Source of the DNA: a virus | IMG/VR virus record: IMGVR_UViG_3300047550_003584 | Location: 12,777 to 76,776 of that record | Length of the DNA stretch: 64,000 nt | Reading direction: 5' to 3' (one strand) | In this document: piece after piece, positions 17,081 through 25,825 of the stretch | Layout: every line of letters begins with the position of its first letter | How positions within the stretch are numbered: position 1 is the first letter of the stretch | The notes under the pieces: model-generated | What the model was told of the DNA's origin: nothing | Seen by the model: the letters and a program-made list of their open reading frames with translations, nothing else | The model's database searches: none | Made by a program: the position numbers and the translations under genes

Positions 17081-17373
17081 AAGGTTTTGGTTCAACTCAA
17101 CAACCAACAAAGTCAGCATCGTATTGGATAGCTGCCTACACCAAAGACAATGAGGACGAACCGCTTGGCATTCACAAAAAAGTCTTGTCTTACAAACCAG
17201 GGCAAGACAAAGAACTCTTGATGATTCGTTACTGCAATTCAATCATGAAAATTAACAAAAACATATGGGAGATCCTGGTCCATCAAGGACCAGATGATAC
17301 CCCAGATTCTGGTGACCAAATTGTTTTGCGTTTATCCAGGGGGAAATTCAAGGGCTCTGCCCAAGTAAACTAA
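17077..17373 (+). CDS. Hypothetical protein
   Basis: MKGFG start typical of cyanobacterial/cyanophage small proteins. Confidence 0.75.
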   Translation: MKGFGSTQQPTKSASYWIAAYTKDNEDEPLGIHKKVLSYKPGQDKELLMIRYCNSIMKINKNIWEILVHQGPDDTPDSGDQIVLRLSRGKFKGSAQVN

Positions 17374-17396
17374 CTAGCCATTACCACTAATCACCC

Positions 17397-17729
17397 ATGA
17401 CACAAGAACATCCCATCACCCCACCGCCAGAGCTGGTGCAGCAGTGGCGAGAGCAGGCTCCGCGTTGCCGTGACAGTGGCATTGCTCGTGAAGACTGGCT
17501 GATAACGCGTGCCGCCCAATGGGGCGCCGACCAGGAGCTGGAGGCGTGCTGTGAGTGGCTGGAGGACTGGGTGGGCAATGACAGTTATGCAATCCCGATG
17601 CGGGCCGCCAGACGCCCCAAGCCGCCGAGCTTGAAGGAGCAAGCGTTGGCTGCTGCTGCTGAACTTGAAGGCTTTAAGGGCGTTGACATCATCCGCCGCG
17701 CCCTTGAACAACTACCCGACAACGAGTAG
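17397..17729 (+). CDS. Modular MTQEHPITPPPELV family protein, copy 3
   Basis: GC-rich; paralog of 15031. Confidence 0.85.
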   Translation: MTQEHPITPPPELVQQWREQAPRCRDSGIAREDWLITRAAQWGADQELEACCEWLEDWVGNDSYAIPMRAARRPKPPSLKEQALAAAAELEGFKGVDIIRRALEQLPDNE

Positions 17730-17743
17730 TCACCTTCTTTAAT

Positions 17744-17771
17744 GGACCTGAGTATGTCCCTAAACTACTCA
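17744..17771 (+). repeat. Family A element (A4)
   Basis: GGAC-CTGAGTAT-GTCC-CTAAAC-TACTCA; compensatory changes in both stems. Confidence 0.85.
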
Positions 17772-17806
17772 TTAGTTTTTCTTATCATTCACTTCAACTC
17801 AACACC

Positions 17807-18571
17807 ATGAAACTCCTCAAGTTTTCCACCGGCAATGGCAAGCTCAAGAATCGTTTGATCTTCAATTTGCCTGCTGGGTACGCATGCCCTCACGCTGGTG
17901 TGTGCAAGACCTTTGCTGATCGCACCACAGGGCAGATCACTGACTTGCCTCAGTACACAGGCGTGACGGCAACACAGGACTTCCGTTGCTTTGCTGCCAT
18001 GGCAGAGACACGTCCTGCCGTACGGGAAGCACGTTGGTACAACTGGGATCTGTTGCGTGAAACTATTCACATGAATGGGAACCAGGCTGTGCTATTGCGT
18101 GACCTGATCGACCTATCGCTCTTGATGCAACCAGTTAAAGAGTTGATTCGCATCCATGAGTCTGGTGACTTCTGGACTGAGAATTACATGCGAGCTTGGA
18201 TCATGGTGGCCCAAGGTCGGCCGCAACAAAAGTTTTACGCATACACCAAGTCTCTTGGCATGTGGTACAACTTGCGTGATATGATCCCATTCAATTTCTA
18301 TCTCACTGCATCGCACGGTGGCACACTCGACTACTTGATCGATAAGTATCCTGAGGTGTACCAGCGGGTTGCTTATGTTGTGTACACAGAAGAGGAAGCA
18401 GCAGAGCGTGGATTGCCCATTGATCACAGCGACAGTCATTGTTTAGGTGACAAACCGTTTGCGCTTTTGGTCCATGGATCCCAACGTGCTGGTTCTGATG
18501 CCATGGCTGCTATCACACAACGCAAGAAAGAAGGCAAGTTTGTAGGGTATAGCAAGAAGAATCGGGAATAA
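17807..18571 (+). CDS. GP88-like phage protein
   Basis: GNGKL..FNLPAGYACPHAGVC...CFA...RIHESGDF...FYAYTK. Confidence 0.75.
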   Translation: MKLLKFSTGNGKLKNRLIFNLPAGYACPHAGVCKTFADRTTGQITDLPQYTGVTATQDFRCFAAMAETRPAVREARWYNWDLLRETIHMNGNQAVLLRDLIDLSLLMQPVKELIRIHESGDFWTENYMRAWIMVAQGRPQQKFYAYTKSLGMWYNLRDMIPFNFYLTASHGGTLDYLIDKYPEVYQRVAYVVYTEEEAAERGLPIDHSDSHCLGDKPFALLVHGSQRAGSDAMAAITQRKKEGKFVGYSKKNRE

Positions 18572-18633
18572 TTCCGTAAGCACTTGCGGATCAGGTGAAA
18601 TCAGATATCATCTATCTGTCTTTCATCTGATCC

Positions 18634-18867
18634 ATGTCTTACGTAATTGCTTGTTGGCAATGGGGCAAAGCCCATGCCATCACTGCTAATAGTGAAACCA
18701 ATAAGTTTGAGTTGATTCCACTAGACTCTGATGTAGCTTTAAACAAGATCTTGTCGCTTCCGTATCGTGCGGGTGCACAGCAAATCTTGAAGTGGATCAA
18801 CAGTAACGATGAAGACCTTGCCTGTAAAGAACTCTCAATTCAAGATGAAGCCCGCTTCCGTAAGTGA
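18634..18867 (+). CDS. Hypothetical protein
   Basis: 77-aa ORF directly after a long hairpin. Confidence 0.7.
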   Translation: MSYVIACWQWGKAHAITANSETNKFELIPLDSDVALNKILSLPYRAGAQQILKWINSNDEDLACKELSIQDEARFRK

Positions 18868-20668
18868 TAAGTTCTACGTCTTTGACTTGGAATCTGATGG
18901 TCTTTATGACAAGGTTACTAAGATCCACTGCATTGTCATCCATGACATCACCGGCCAACAAACTTTTAGCTATGGGCCTGATCGCATTGCTGATGCTATT
19001 GCTCATCTGGCAACCGCTGATGTTTTGATAGGTCATAACCTGCTTTTTTTCGACATTCCTGTTCTGCAAAAGTTGCATTCATTTGACTGCAAAACACGCA
19101 TCATTGACACACTCATCTGTACACGATTGATCTGGCCCAAGGAAAAACTCTATGACCTTGACATTGAACAATATCCGCAGGTTCCACCGAACCAGCGAGG
19201 TGCCGCATCACTTAAGGCCTGGGGATGGAGGTTGGCCGATCATAAGATCAGCTTCAAAGACTTCTCCACATATTCTCAGGAGATGTTGGACTACTGTATC
19301 CAAGACGTTGCAGTTACTACAAAACTCTGGGAGCATATCACCAAACAGAACTATCCAGAGCCAGCGCTCAAGCTTGAACACGACTTTGCTTTGGCGATTA
19401 ACAAACAAATTAGAGCAGGCGTTCCTTTTGATGTGGATGCAGCTCTTGATCTTGTGGATGATCTCCGAGCAAAAGAAGCACAACTTGAGCCACAGCTAAA
19501 GGAAATCTTTCCTCCAATCAAACACAGCACATGGTTTACCCCTAAGGTAAACAACACCAAACGTGGTTATGTCAAAGGAGTTCCATTTGAAAAAATACGA
19601 TACGAAGAATTCAATCCTGGATCTCGTGACCAAATTGCTGATCGCCTTAAGAGTAAGTACGGATGGCAACCAGAAAAATTTACTGCGAAAGGAAATCCAG
19701 TCGTTGATGATGAAGTGTTAGAGCAGTTGCCTTATCCGGAGGCAAAAGCTTTGGCAGAATACATGCTTGTCAAGAAACGTCTTGGACAAATTGTTAATGG
19801 CAACAATGCTTGGCTCAAGTTGGTTAATAATGACAGCGGTCGCATGCACGGTGACGTTGTTACTAATGGTTGTATCACTGGTCGTTGTTCTCACCGATAC
19901 CCAAATATGGGTCAAGTTCCAGCGGGGTATTCGCCATACGGTAAAGAATGCCGTGCATTATTTCATGCACCGCAAGGGTGGGACATGATTGGCATTGACG
20001 CCAAAGCATTGGAGCTACGTTGTTTGGCTGGTTACCTTGCTTATTGGGACCAGGGGGAATATGCGCGTATCGTAACAAATCCTGAGATTGACATCCATGT
20101 GTATAACCAGGAACGTTTTGGTGTAGAGACTCGTGATATAAGTAAGAGGTTGCTGTACGCTGTATTATATGGCGCCGGCAATCTCAAAGCTGGTACCATT
20201 ATTAACCCGAAGGAAAAAGATGACGAAGTTCTCCGTCAACTAGGAAGAACTGCAATCAATTCATTCATGAAAGGTGTACCAGCTCTTAAATCACTCAAGG
20301 AAAAGATTGATGAAAACATTGGATCCAGGGGTTATCTCATTGGGCTTGATCGTCGTATTTTATATTGTCGCTCAGCTTTCAAAGGACTGAATGTTCTATT
20401 GCAATCAGCAGGTGCAATCCTGATGAAGCAAGTTGTTATTAACATTCACAACAACATTGAACAAAACCTTGGCTTGACCCACGGCAAGGATTGGGAGCAA
20501 GTCCTTATGGTTCATGACGAAGTGCAACTGGTTTGTAACCCACAGCACACGGAGCGCATCCGTGACCAGGCCATGGCAGCTTTCCCGCAAGCTCAGAAAT
20601 TCTTTGGGTTCCAATGCGAAATTGAAGGCGACTCTCGTGTAGGATCCTCGTGGGCTGAAACGCACTAG
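18845..20668 (+). CDS. polA: Family A DNA polymerase (T7 gp5-like) with 3'-5' exonuclease
   Basis: Exo FDLESDG, GHN..FDIP, YCIQDV; motif A DAKALELR, motif B RDISKRLLYAVLYGAG, motif C HDE. Confidence 0.97.
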   Translation: MKPASVSDKFYVFDLESDGLYDKVTKIHCIVIHDITGQQTFSYGPDRIADAIAHLATADVLIGHNLLFFDIPVLQKLHSFDCKTRIIDTLICTRLIWPKEKLYDLDIEQYPQVPPNQRGAASLKAWGWRLADHKISFKDFSTYSQEMLDYCIQDVAVTTKLWEHITKQNYPEPALKLEHDFALAINKQIRAGVPFDVDAALDLVDDLRAKEAQLEPQLKEIFPPIKHSTWFTPKVNNTKRGYVKGVPFEKIRYEEFNPGSRDQIADRLKSKYGWQPEKFTAKGNPVVDDEVLEQLPYPEAKALAEYMLVKKRLGQIVNGNNAWLKLVNNDSGRMHGDVVTNGCITGRCSHRYPNMGQVPAGYSPYGKECRALFHAPQGWDMIGIDAKALELRCLAGYLAYWDQGEYARIVTNPEIDIHVYNQERFGVETRDISKRLLYAVLYGAGNLKAGTIINPKEKDDEVLRQLGRTAINSFMKGVPALKSLKEKIDENIGSRGYLIGLDRRILYCRSAFKGLNVLLQSAGAILMKQVVINIHNNIEQNLGLTHGKDWEQVLMVHDEVQLVCNPQHTERIRDQAMAAFPQAQKFFGFQCEIEGDSRVGSSWAETH

Positions 20669-20670
20669 TT

Positions 20671-20847
20671 ATGAAACTCAACAAAGAGAACTCTGGTGTA
20701 GTTGCAAAAGCAATTGCATCTGCCATTATTGGCATTGTAATTTGGTGCGGTCTTAAATACGCATTTAATTTCACTTGGTTTCAAAGCTTTATGCTTGCTT
20801 GGTTGTATTGCATTCTTAGAGATTCAGTTATTCATTCCAAAGAATAA
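20671..20847 (+). CDS. Small membrane protein
   Basis: MKLNKENSGVVAKAIASAIIGIVIW..., two TM segments. Confidence 0.6.
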   Translation: MKLNKENSGVVAKAIASAIIGIVIWCGLKYAFNFTWFQSFMLAWLYCILRDSVIHSKE

Positions 20848-20851
20848 AGTT

Positions 20852-20879
20852 ACGTCCTAAGCATGACGTTAAACTGCTT
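20852..20879 (+). repeat. Family A element (A5)
   Basis: ACGTC-CTAAGCAT-GACGT-TAAAC-TGCTT. Confidence 0.85.
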
Positions 20880-20900
20880 TAACACAACCCTTTTGATCCG

Positions 20901-21716
20901 ATGAATTACGTTGATGTTTGCGCAATCCTGAACGAGAATCCTCGTCAGGTGTACACCAGTTCAACCACATTCAACTACTGCGCTGAAGTAACACTTCCGC
21001 CAGTTGGCAACAAAGCACCCACTATCCTTGTACTCAATGTTTACGGGAAAACCGGAGATGCTTTCCGATCCCTCAACAAAGGAGATCGGGTGTACATTCA
21101 CGGCTCCAAGCTACGGTTTGATCTCGAATCAAAAACGTACTCGCTCAATGGAGGAGTTGTTGCTCAAGTTACTGAAGCATTCCCTGTCTTCAACGACGTC
21201 ATCTTGACGGGACGTTGCATCAAAGACATTGATCAAACAGATGCACGTGCTTTCAAGACAACCGCAGATGGTTTGATGATTGCCAATCAAACACTCTCGG
21301 TAAACACTGGGCGCAACCAAGCTGATCTCTTTAACTTCTACGCAATTAACACGGCACAAGATAAGTTCAACCAAGCTGAACTTCTTGTGAACATGACGCG
21401 CAAAGGCACTGGTCTTACGATTCGTGCCAGGATTGTGACCGATGCCTGGACCGATAAAGAGTCCAATCAACGGCGCAGCGTCACCAAGTTGCAGCTTGTG
21501 CAGATGACACTGGCTCCCAAAACAAATGAGTCTCAGCCGAAACAAGTGACATCCCAAACAACTGTGGCATCCACAGAGAATGTTGCTAGCCTATGGGGCG
21601 GCAAGACCGTTGAGGAGTCCAGCGATCCCTGGAATGCAGGCCCCAACACTGGGCTGCCTGATCTCCCCGGTCAATACGGCAACGCACCTGAATTCAACGA
21701 CGAAGTTCCATTCTGA
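20901..21716 (+). CDS. ssb: Single-stranded DNA-binding protein with tandem OB folds
   Basis: Two SSB-like repeats (LNKGDRVYIHG; NDVILTGR...RKGTGLTIRARIVTDAWTDKES) and acidic tail FNDEVPF. Confidence 0.85.
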   Translation: MNYVDVCAILNENPRQVYTSSTTFNYCAEVTLPPVGNKAPTILVLNVYGKTGDAFRSLNKGDRVYIHGSKLRFDLESKTYSLNGGVVAQVTEAFPVFNDVILTGRCIKDIDQTDARAFKTTADGLMIANQTLSVNTGRNQADLFNFYAINTAQDKFNQAELLVNMTRKGTGLTIRARIVTDAWTDKESNQRRSVTKLQLVQMTLAPKTNESQPKQVTSQTTVASTENVASLWGGKTVEESSDPWNAGPNTGLPDLPGQYGNAPEFNDEVPF

Positions 21717-21970
21717 TGTCAACTCAACCTGAAGATCAGTTCACTCTCCTTTATGAGGATGGTAAACGAAAAGTTCTGCATGAGTTCCAGTGCATTGGCA
21801 CTGATGAAATTGTTGATGAGTTCATTAATTTCATGCGTGGTGTTGGGCATCTTGAGCTAAACATCATCGAGCGAATGTACGAAATCTCAAAGCAGTATCT
21901 TGCTTTGTACCAAGGGGAGCCAGCTATTCAGTTACCTCTCCAACAAGATGATCTTGAGAAAGTAGCTTAA
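21716..21970 (+). CDS. Hypothetical protein
   Basis: EIVDEFINFMRGVG motif. Confidence 0.75.
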   Translation: MSTQPEDQFTLLYEDGKRKVLHEFQCIGTDEIVDEFINFMRGVGHLELNIIERMYEISKQYLALYQGEPAIQLPLQQDDLEKVA

Positions 21971-21975
21971 CTTCC

Positions 21976-22002
21976 CGTCCTCTGGTACGACGTTAAACTG
22001 CC
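21976..22002 (+). repeat. Family A element (A6)
   Basis: CGTC-CTCTGGTAC-GACG-TTAAAC-TGCC. Confidence 0.75.
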
Positions 22003-22024
22003 TGTCCTTGACTACGAACTAACC

Positions 22025-23044
22025 ATGACTGCTTCAATGACTACTAAGAAAACCTCTGCACTTGCAACACGTGGGCTGGATTCCTTCAAACTTTTCCAAG
22101 ATAAAAAGTTTGTATCCGGATACCAGAATCTTGTCACCATCCAACCTCTCAACAAGTCCAAGATCCGAGGTTGGTTCGTGCGGAAGTCAGACCTTGATGC
22201 TTGTGGATGGAACGCCACTGAAGATCAATTTGCTAAGGGTTCAGTTATCTGGGACTACAAGCAAACTTTTGGTATGGCTCCCAACACTTCAATTGAAGAA
22301 GGACTCAATTTCATTGAGCCTCGTTTGCAAATCCTTTTGCGTTCTCCCCTCATGGTTGAGGAAACCACAGGGATGAGACAGACGATTGGAACCTTTGAGG
22401 ATCCAGATGTCAAAGAAATGTTTGATAACGACAAGGTTGCCGCTGATCTTGCCAACAGCAAAGGCGAGATGTATAAGCGTAAGTACAGTGTACGTACAAA
22501 GTACCTGGTCTACGTCTTGACCCAGGACAACAAACGTGCTCACAAGATTCCCATGGTGCTTACGCTCAAGGGTCTTAACGGCACCGACGTCAGCGACAAG
22601 GTCAAACTGTATGAAAAGGAAATGTCTAAGTGCTTGAGCAAAGCACTGGACTCTGAGGTACCTTTGGCATTCAACGAAAAGTTTTATGCCACCACAGTGT
22701 TTGCTCCCGTACTTGCCAACGAGATGCGTGGTGCAAACAATGTAGAGATTTGTGCTATCGAATCGTTTGAGATTCCTGATTACAGCTCTCAAGATGAAGC
22801 GATTACTTCGCTGAATCGCCTCAGCATTCCCGATGAAGATCGTGAATCAACCTGGAAGTTCCAGGAGATGTTCAGTGATTACATCAATCAACATGCACGA
22901 CAAGATGCACAAAAGCTCGGTGGTGCATACGGAATCAAAGAAGGAGTTGAGATCCTGCCTGTCTCTCGGACTACGGATACAGTTGATGTCAAGGCATTAC
23001 CTGCTCGTGATCCCCTGACTGGTGAGGATGCAGATCTGAGCTGA
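22025..23044 (+). CDS. Cyanobacterial DUF5895-like protein, possibly recombination-related
   Basis: PRLQILLRSPL...KYLVYVL..DNKRAHKIPMVLTLKG; next to ssb. Confidence 0.55.
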   Translation: MTASMTTKKTSALATRGLDSFKLFQDKKFVSGYQNLVTIQPLNKSKIRGWFVRKSDLDACGWNATEDQFAKGSVIWDYKQTFGMAPNTSIEEGLNFIEPRLQILLRSPLMVEETTGMRQTIGTFEDPDVKEMFDNDKVAADLANSKGEMYKRKYSVRTKYLVYVLTQDNKRAHKIPMVLTLKGLNGTDVSDKVKLYEKEMSKCLSKALDSEVPLAFNEKFYATTVFAPVLANEMRGANNVEICAIESFEIPDYSSQDEAITSLNRLSIPDEDRESTWKFQEMFSDYINQHARQDAQKLGGAYGIKEGVEILPVSRTTDTVDVKALPARDPLTGEDADLS

Positions 23045-23499
23045 TGACTAAAGCAAACACGTCTGTTGATTTGCTTGGAATGATTGACCCCTCCGGGGGT
23101 CTTTATTCCTGTTGGCCTTACATTGGTCGACGATGGCATCGAGATGGCTATGGTTATCCAAAGCGTAACCAAAAAGCAATTCTTGCTCATCGTTGGAGCT
23201 ACGAGCATCATTACGATGTTGAGTTAACTCCTAAGATTGTTATCCGACACAAATGTGATAACCCTGCATGTTGTAATCCTTTACATCTAATGCCTGGTTC
23301 TCAAGCCGACAACATCAATGACATGCATCAAAGAAAGCGCTGGAAGCCTGGGAGGCATCCTTTAACTTTAAATGAAAAGACTATTTGTCAAATCATTGAG
23401 TTAAGAAAACAGGGTTTATCGCAAGACAAAATTGCCAAGATTGTTGGTTGCTCTCAGCCAACAGTTGGTAAATACCTTTTGTTTTGCGACAGCCTGTGA
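23044..23499 (+). CDS. HNH endonuclease with C-terminal HTH
   Basis: CWPYIG..DGYG..AHRWSY..IRHKCDNPACCNPLHL..GSQADN. Confidence 0.92.
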   Translation: MTKANTSVDLLGMIDPSGGLYSCWPYIGRRWHRDGYGYPKRNQKAILAHRWSYEHHYDVELTPKIVIRHKCDNPACCNPLHLMPGSQADNINDMHQRKRWKPGRHPLTLNEKTICQIIELRKQGLSQDKIAKIVGCSQPTVGKYLLFCDSL

Positions 23500-23718
23500 T
23501 TAATCGTTGATAGCTGGGAGCTTATGAGAGTAATTATCTTTCATAAGCTCCATTGCATCAGCAACTAATCCTTTGATTGCAATCTGACGCTGCGTGGCAA
23601 TCTTGGTTAACAAGGTTGCCATTTCCTTTAGCTCACTCATTGAACTGCAATCATTAATGCTACGTATCATCTTCTCTTGCCAGAACATATCCTCTGGCGA
23701 CATTTCAAATTTCAACAT
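23500..23718 (-). CDS. NblA-like protein (picocyanobacterial type)
   Basis: MSPEDMFWQEKMIRSINDCSSMSELKEMATLL...QRQIAIKGLV two-helix pattern; own TAGAAT box. Confidence 0.55.
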   Translation of the reverse strand: MLKFEMSPEDMFWQEKMIRSINDCSSMSELKEMATLLTKIATQRQIAIKGLVADAMELMKDNYSHKLPAIND

Positions 23719-23797
23719 GTTATTCAATTGGTTCAGTTTATTCTACGCCTTCATTTAAACTTGACTTGATTCCACTGAATGTGTTAAGGATTACCAA

Positions 23798-24001
23798 ATG
23801 AAACCTGAAGACAAAGCCGCACTCAAGGTTGGTGGTGCCACGGCTCTCATCGTTGGTACCATTGCGTTTTGCGCACCAAACCCTGCTGCTTGGGCCGCTG
23901 TGATCTGGGGATCGTATAAGATGGGCAAGCAGGCCAGGGATCGAGAGATTGACCGGCAAGCCAAAAGACGTTGGTCAACTGACCAAGATCACTGCATCTA
24001 A
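23798..24001 (+). CDS. Small membrane protein
   Basis: Hydrophobic N-terminal half. Confidence 0.65.
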   Translation: MKPEDKAALKVGGATALIVGTIAFCAPNPAAWAAVIWGSYKMGKQARDREIDRQAKRRWSTDQDHCI

Positions 24002-24019
24002 CACCACACCATTCAACTC

Positions 24020-24964
24020 ATGACAACGCAACTTCAGCAACAAGAACTTAACGCTGCTCAGTCTCTGATCTACACACGTACTAACATTGGTCGTGCGTTC
24101 CAGGATTTTGATGACACCGAAATTGCTGGCATTTATCTGCGAGATGACAATTGTCTTGTGGTGCGTCGTGATGGTAGCGAGCAGGCTTACCCACGGGAGC
24201 TGATTAAGCTAGCCTTCACGAATTACACCAACCGTCTCAAAGATTTCTTTTCTTACCTTGGCCCTAATTATCGTGGCCCTAGTGTATGGCACAACAATGC
24301 TTACGTATTGTTTAAGGGCTGGAACTACACACACGCACTCGGACACCTGACTTCCAATGCAAAACTACAAGCTCACTGGGCAGACAAATTTATACACATA
24401 TCAGACGTTGCCAAAATCACAACCATCCTTCAGTCTGACCAAACGGACATTGGCCATTTGGTTGCGCCGGACGGGATGCGGCTTGCGAATCGGCCGATTG
24501 ATATGGACTCTGAACTGGACGATGGCACCAAACAAGACTCGATGTTTGGCGAACCTACATGCTCATGTGGGTCCTTTCAACGTCAGCTCAGTAACCTATC
24601 TTTTTTCCAAGAAGAGATCCAGGGATTTAAACCATGGTGCATCCACCTGAGTTGGTTTAACAAGTACCGTGAGCTGCTGTGCAAGCGCACAGATGCGCGT
24701 AACGCTAGTCCCAGTGGAACACCTGAGAAGTGTGTGGCATGGTTCTATGCACCGCCCAAAGACTCGGTCAGTGATGGACGTTTTGTTTTGTTGTATACCA
24801 ACCAAGGGGCACAAGCTCCGCTGACCCATTGGCGCAACTACAAACCTAACGAAGTGTTCACTCAACACCATGCATGGGATCTATTCTTCAATATGATGGA
24901 TGCGTCCTATGTGCCATTCCCTGGCATTGCTTTACCTCAACTCAAGTCTGCTATCAAGAAATGA
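24020..24964 (+). CDS. SWIM zinc-finger protein
   Basis: TCSCGSF...PWCIHL. Confidence 0.7.
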   Translation: MTTQLQQQELNAAQSLIYTRTNIGRAFQDFDDTEIAGIYLRDDNCLVVRRDGSEQAYPRELIKLAFTNYTNRLKDFFSYLGPNYRGPSVWHNNAYVLFKGWNYTHALGHLTSNAKLQAHWADKFIHISDVAKITTILQSDQTDIGHLVAPDGMRLANRPIDMDSELDDGTKQDSMFGEPTCSCGSFQRQLSNLSFFQEEIQGFKPWCIHLSWFNKYRELLCKRTDARNASPSGTPEKCVAWFYAPPKDSVSDGRFVLLYTNQGAQAPLTHWRNYKPNEVFTQHHAWDLFFNMMDASYVPFPGIALPQLKSAIKK

Positions 24965-25179
24965 CTGACGACATTCTTGAATACGCACGTCAATTAGCTA
25001 TGCGACCACGCAACGACACAATCATGGGCGACAAACGTTATGATCTTGAGATTCCAGAGGACACTCATTGGGAGCTTGTAAAGCTAGCTGCAGACCTTAA
25101 AATGCACCACGAAGACTACGCACAAAACGTATTAATTGGTCATGTTGAATCTGAACTGGATCGAAAAGCTCAAGCTTGA
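24961..25179 (+). CDS. Hypothetical protein (ribbon-helix-helix-like)
   Basis: YDLEIPEDTHWELVKLAADLKM. Confidence 0.65.
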   Translation: MTDDILEYARQLAMRPRNDTIMGDKRYDLEIPEDTHWELVKLAADLKMHHEDYAQNVLIGHVESELDRKAQA

Positions 25180-25360
25180 ATGTATTGATGAAGAAGATGG
25201 CACCATGTCCATCAACATTGAGTGGGATGAAAAAGATCCTGACCTTGACTACTGGACTTCTCTAGGTCCAGAAGGTCAAGAAGAATTTGTTCTCACTGCA
25301 CTGCGTGAAGCCTGTGCCTCTTACACTGACACCGAATCTTTTGATGATCATGTCGATTGA
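25136..25360 (+). CDS. Hypothetical acidic protein
   Basis: EEDGTMSINIEWDEKDP. Confidence 0.65.
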   Translation: MVMLNLNWIEKLKLECIDEEDGTMSINIEWDEKDPDLDYWTSLGPEGQEEFVLTALREACASYTDTESFDDHVD

Positions 25361-25751
25361 CACCTACGGCCTTAGTTCTGAGCAGTATACCGAGTTCTTC
25401 CATAAAAACTTGCGGTTTGCTGCCAAGCTTTACCTTGATACCTGCAACATCTTGAGCAGTGAAGGAGTCGGTAATATTGACTTCAAAACTGTCTCAGAGA
25501 TGTACCAGGAAACTGTATACACAACAAACGATGATTGTCGTCGTTACCAAAAGAGCAACAACCCTGAGGTATTGAAAGAAGTTACCGCTGATCTTTATGG
25601 TATTAGTCCCAGTAGGGAAGAGCTGATGGATGAGATTCAATCGCTTAGCGCCAAGGTGGAATCCCTTGTTGACTACATTGGTAACTTGGTCACTATCACT
25701 ACGGCAGGCCTTGAGGGTATTGCCACTACCCTTGATGACAAGGTAGACTGA
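25350..25751 (+). CDS. Hypothetical protein
   Basis: MSIDTYGLS..., coiled-coil C-terminus. Confidence 0.75.
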   Translation: MSIDTYGLSSEQYTEFFHKNLRFAAKLYLDTCNILSSEGVGNIDFKTVSEMYQETVYTTNDDCRRYQKSNNPEVLKEVTADLYGISPSREELMDEIQSLSAKVESLVDYIGNLVTITTAGLEGIATTLDDKVD

Positions 25752-25776
25752 GCACGCACAAACCCTGCAGAGTTGC

Positions 25777-25804
25777 CGTCCTGGTCATGACGTAAAACTG
25801 ACCA
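25777..25804 (+). repeat. Family A element (A7)
   Basis: CGTC-CTGGTCAT-GACG-TAAAAC-TGACCA. Confidence 0.85.
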
Positions 25805-25825
25805 CCACACCATCTCAGCTCAGTC

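Noticed and set aside
15031-17729. Diversity-generating retroelement TR/VR pair
   Set aside because: Differences are block replacements rather than adenine-specific changes, and there is no reverse transcriptase in the window
10873-25804. Family A as pistol ribozymes (P1-loop-P1-UUAAA resemblance)
   Set aside because: The pseudoknot partner follows the AAAC linker directly; P2, P3 and the catalytic nucleotides are absent
3791-25804. CRISPR array or integron attC cassette array
   Set aside because: Repeats are separated by whole genes and vary in sequence; no cas genes, integrase, or RYYYAAC/GTTRRRY ends seen
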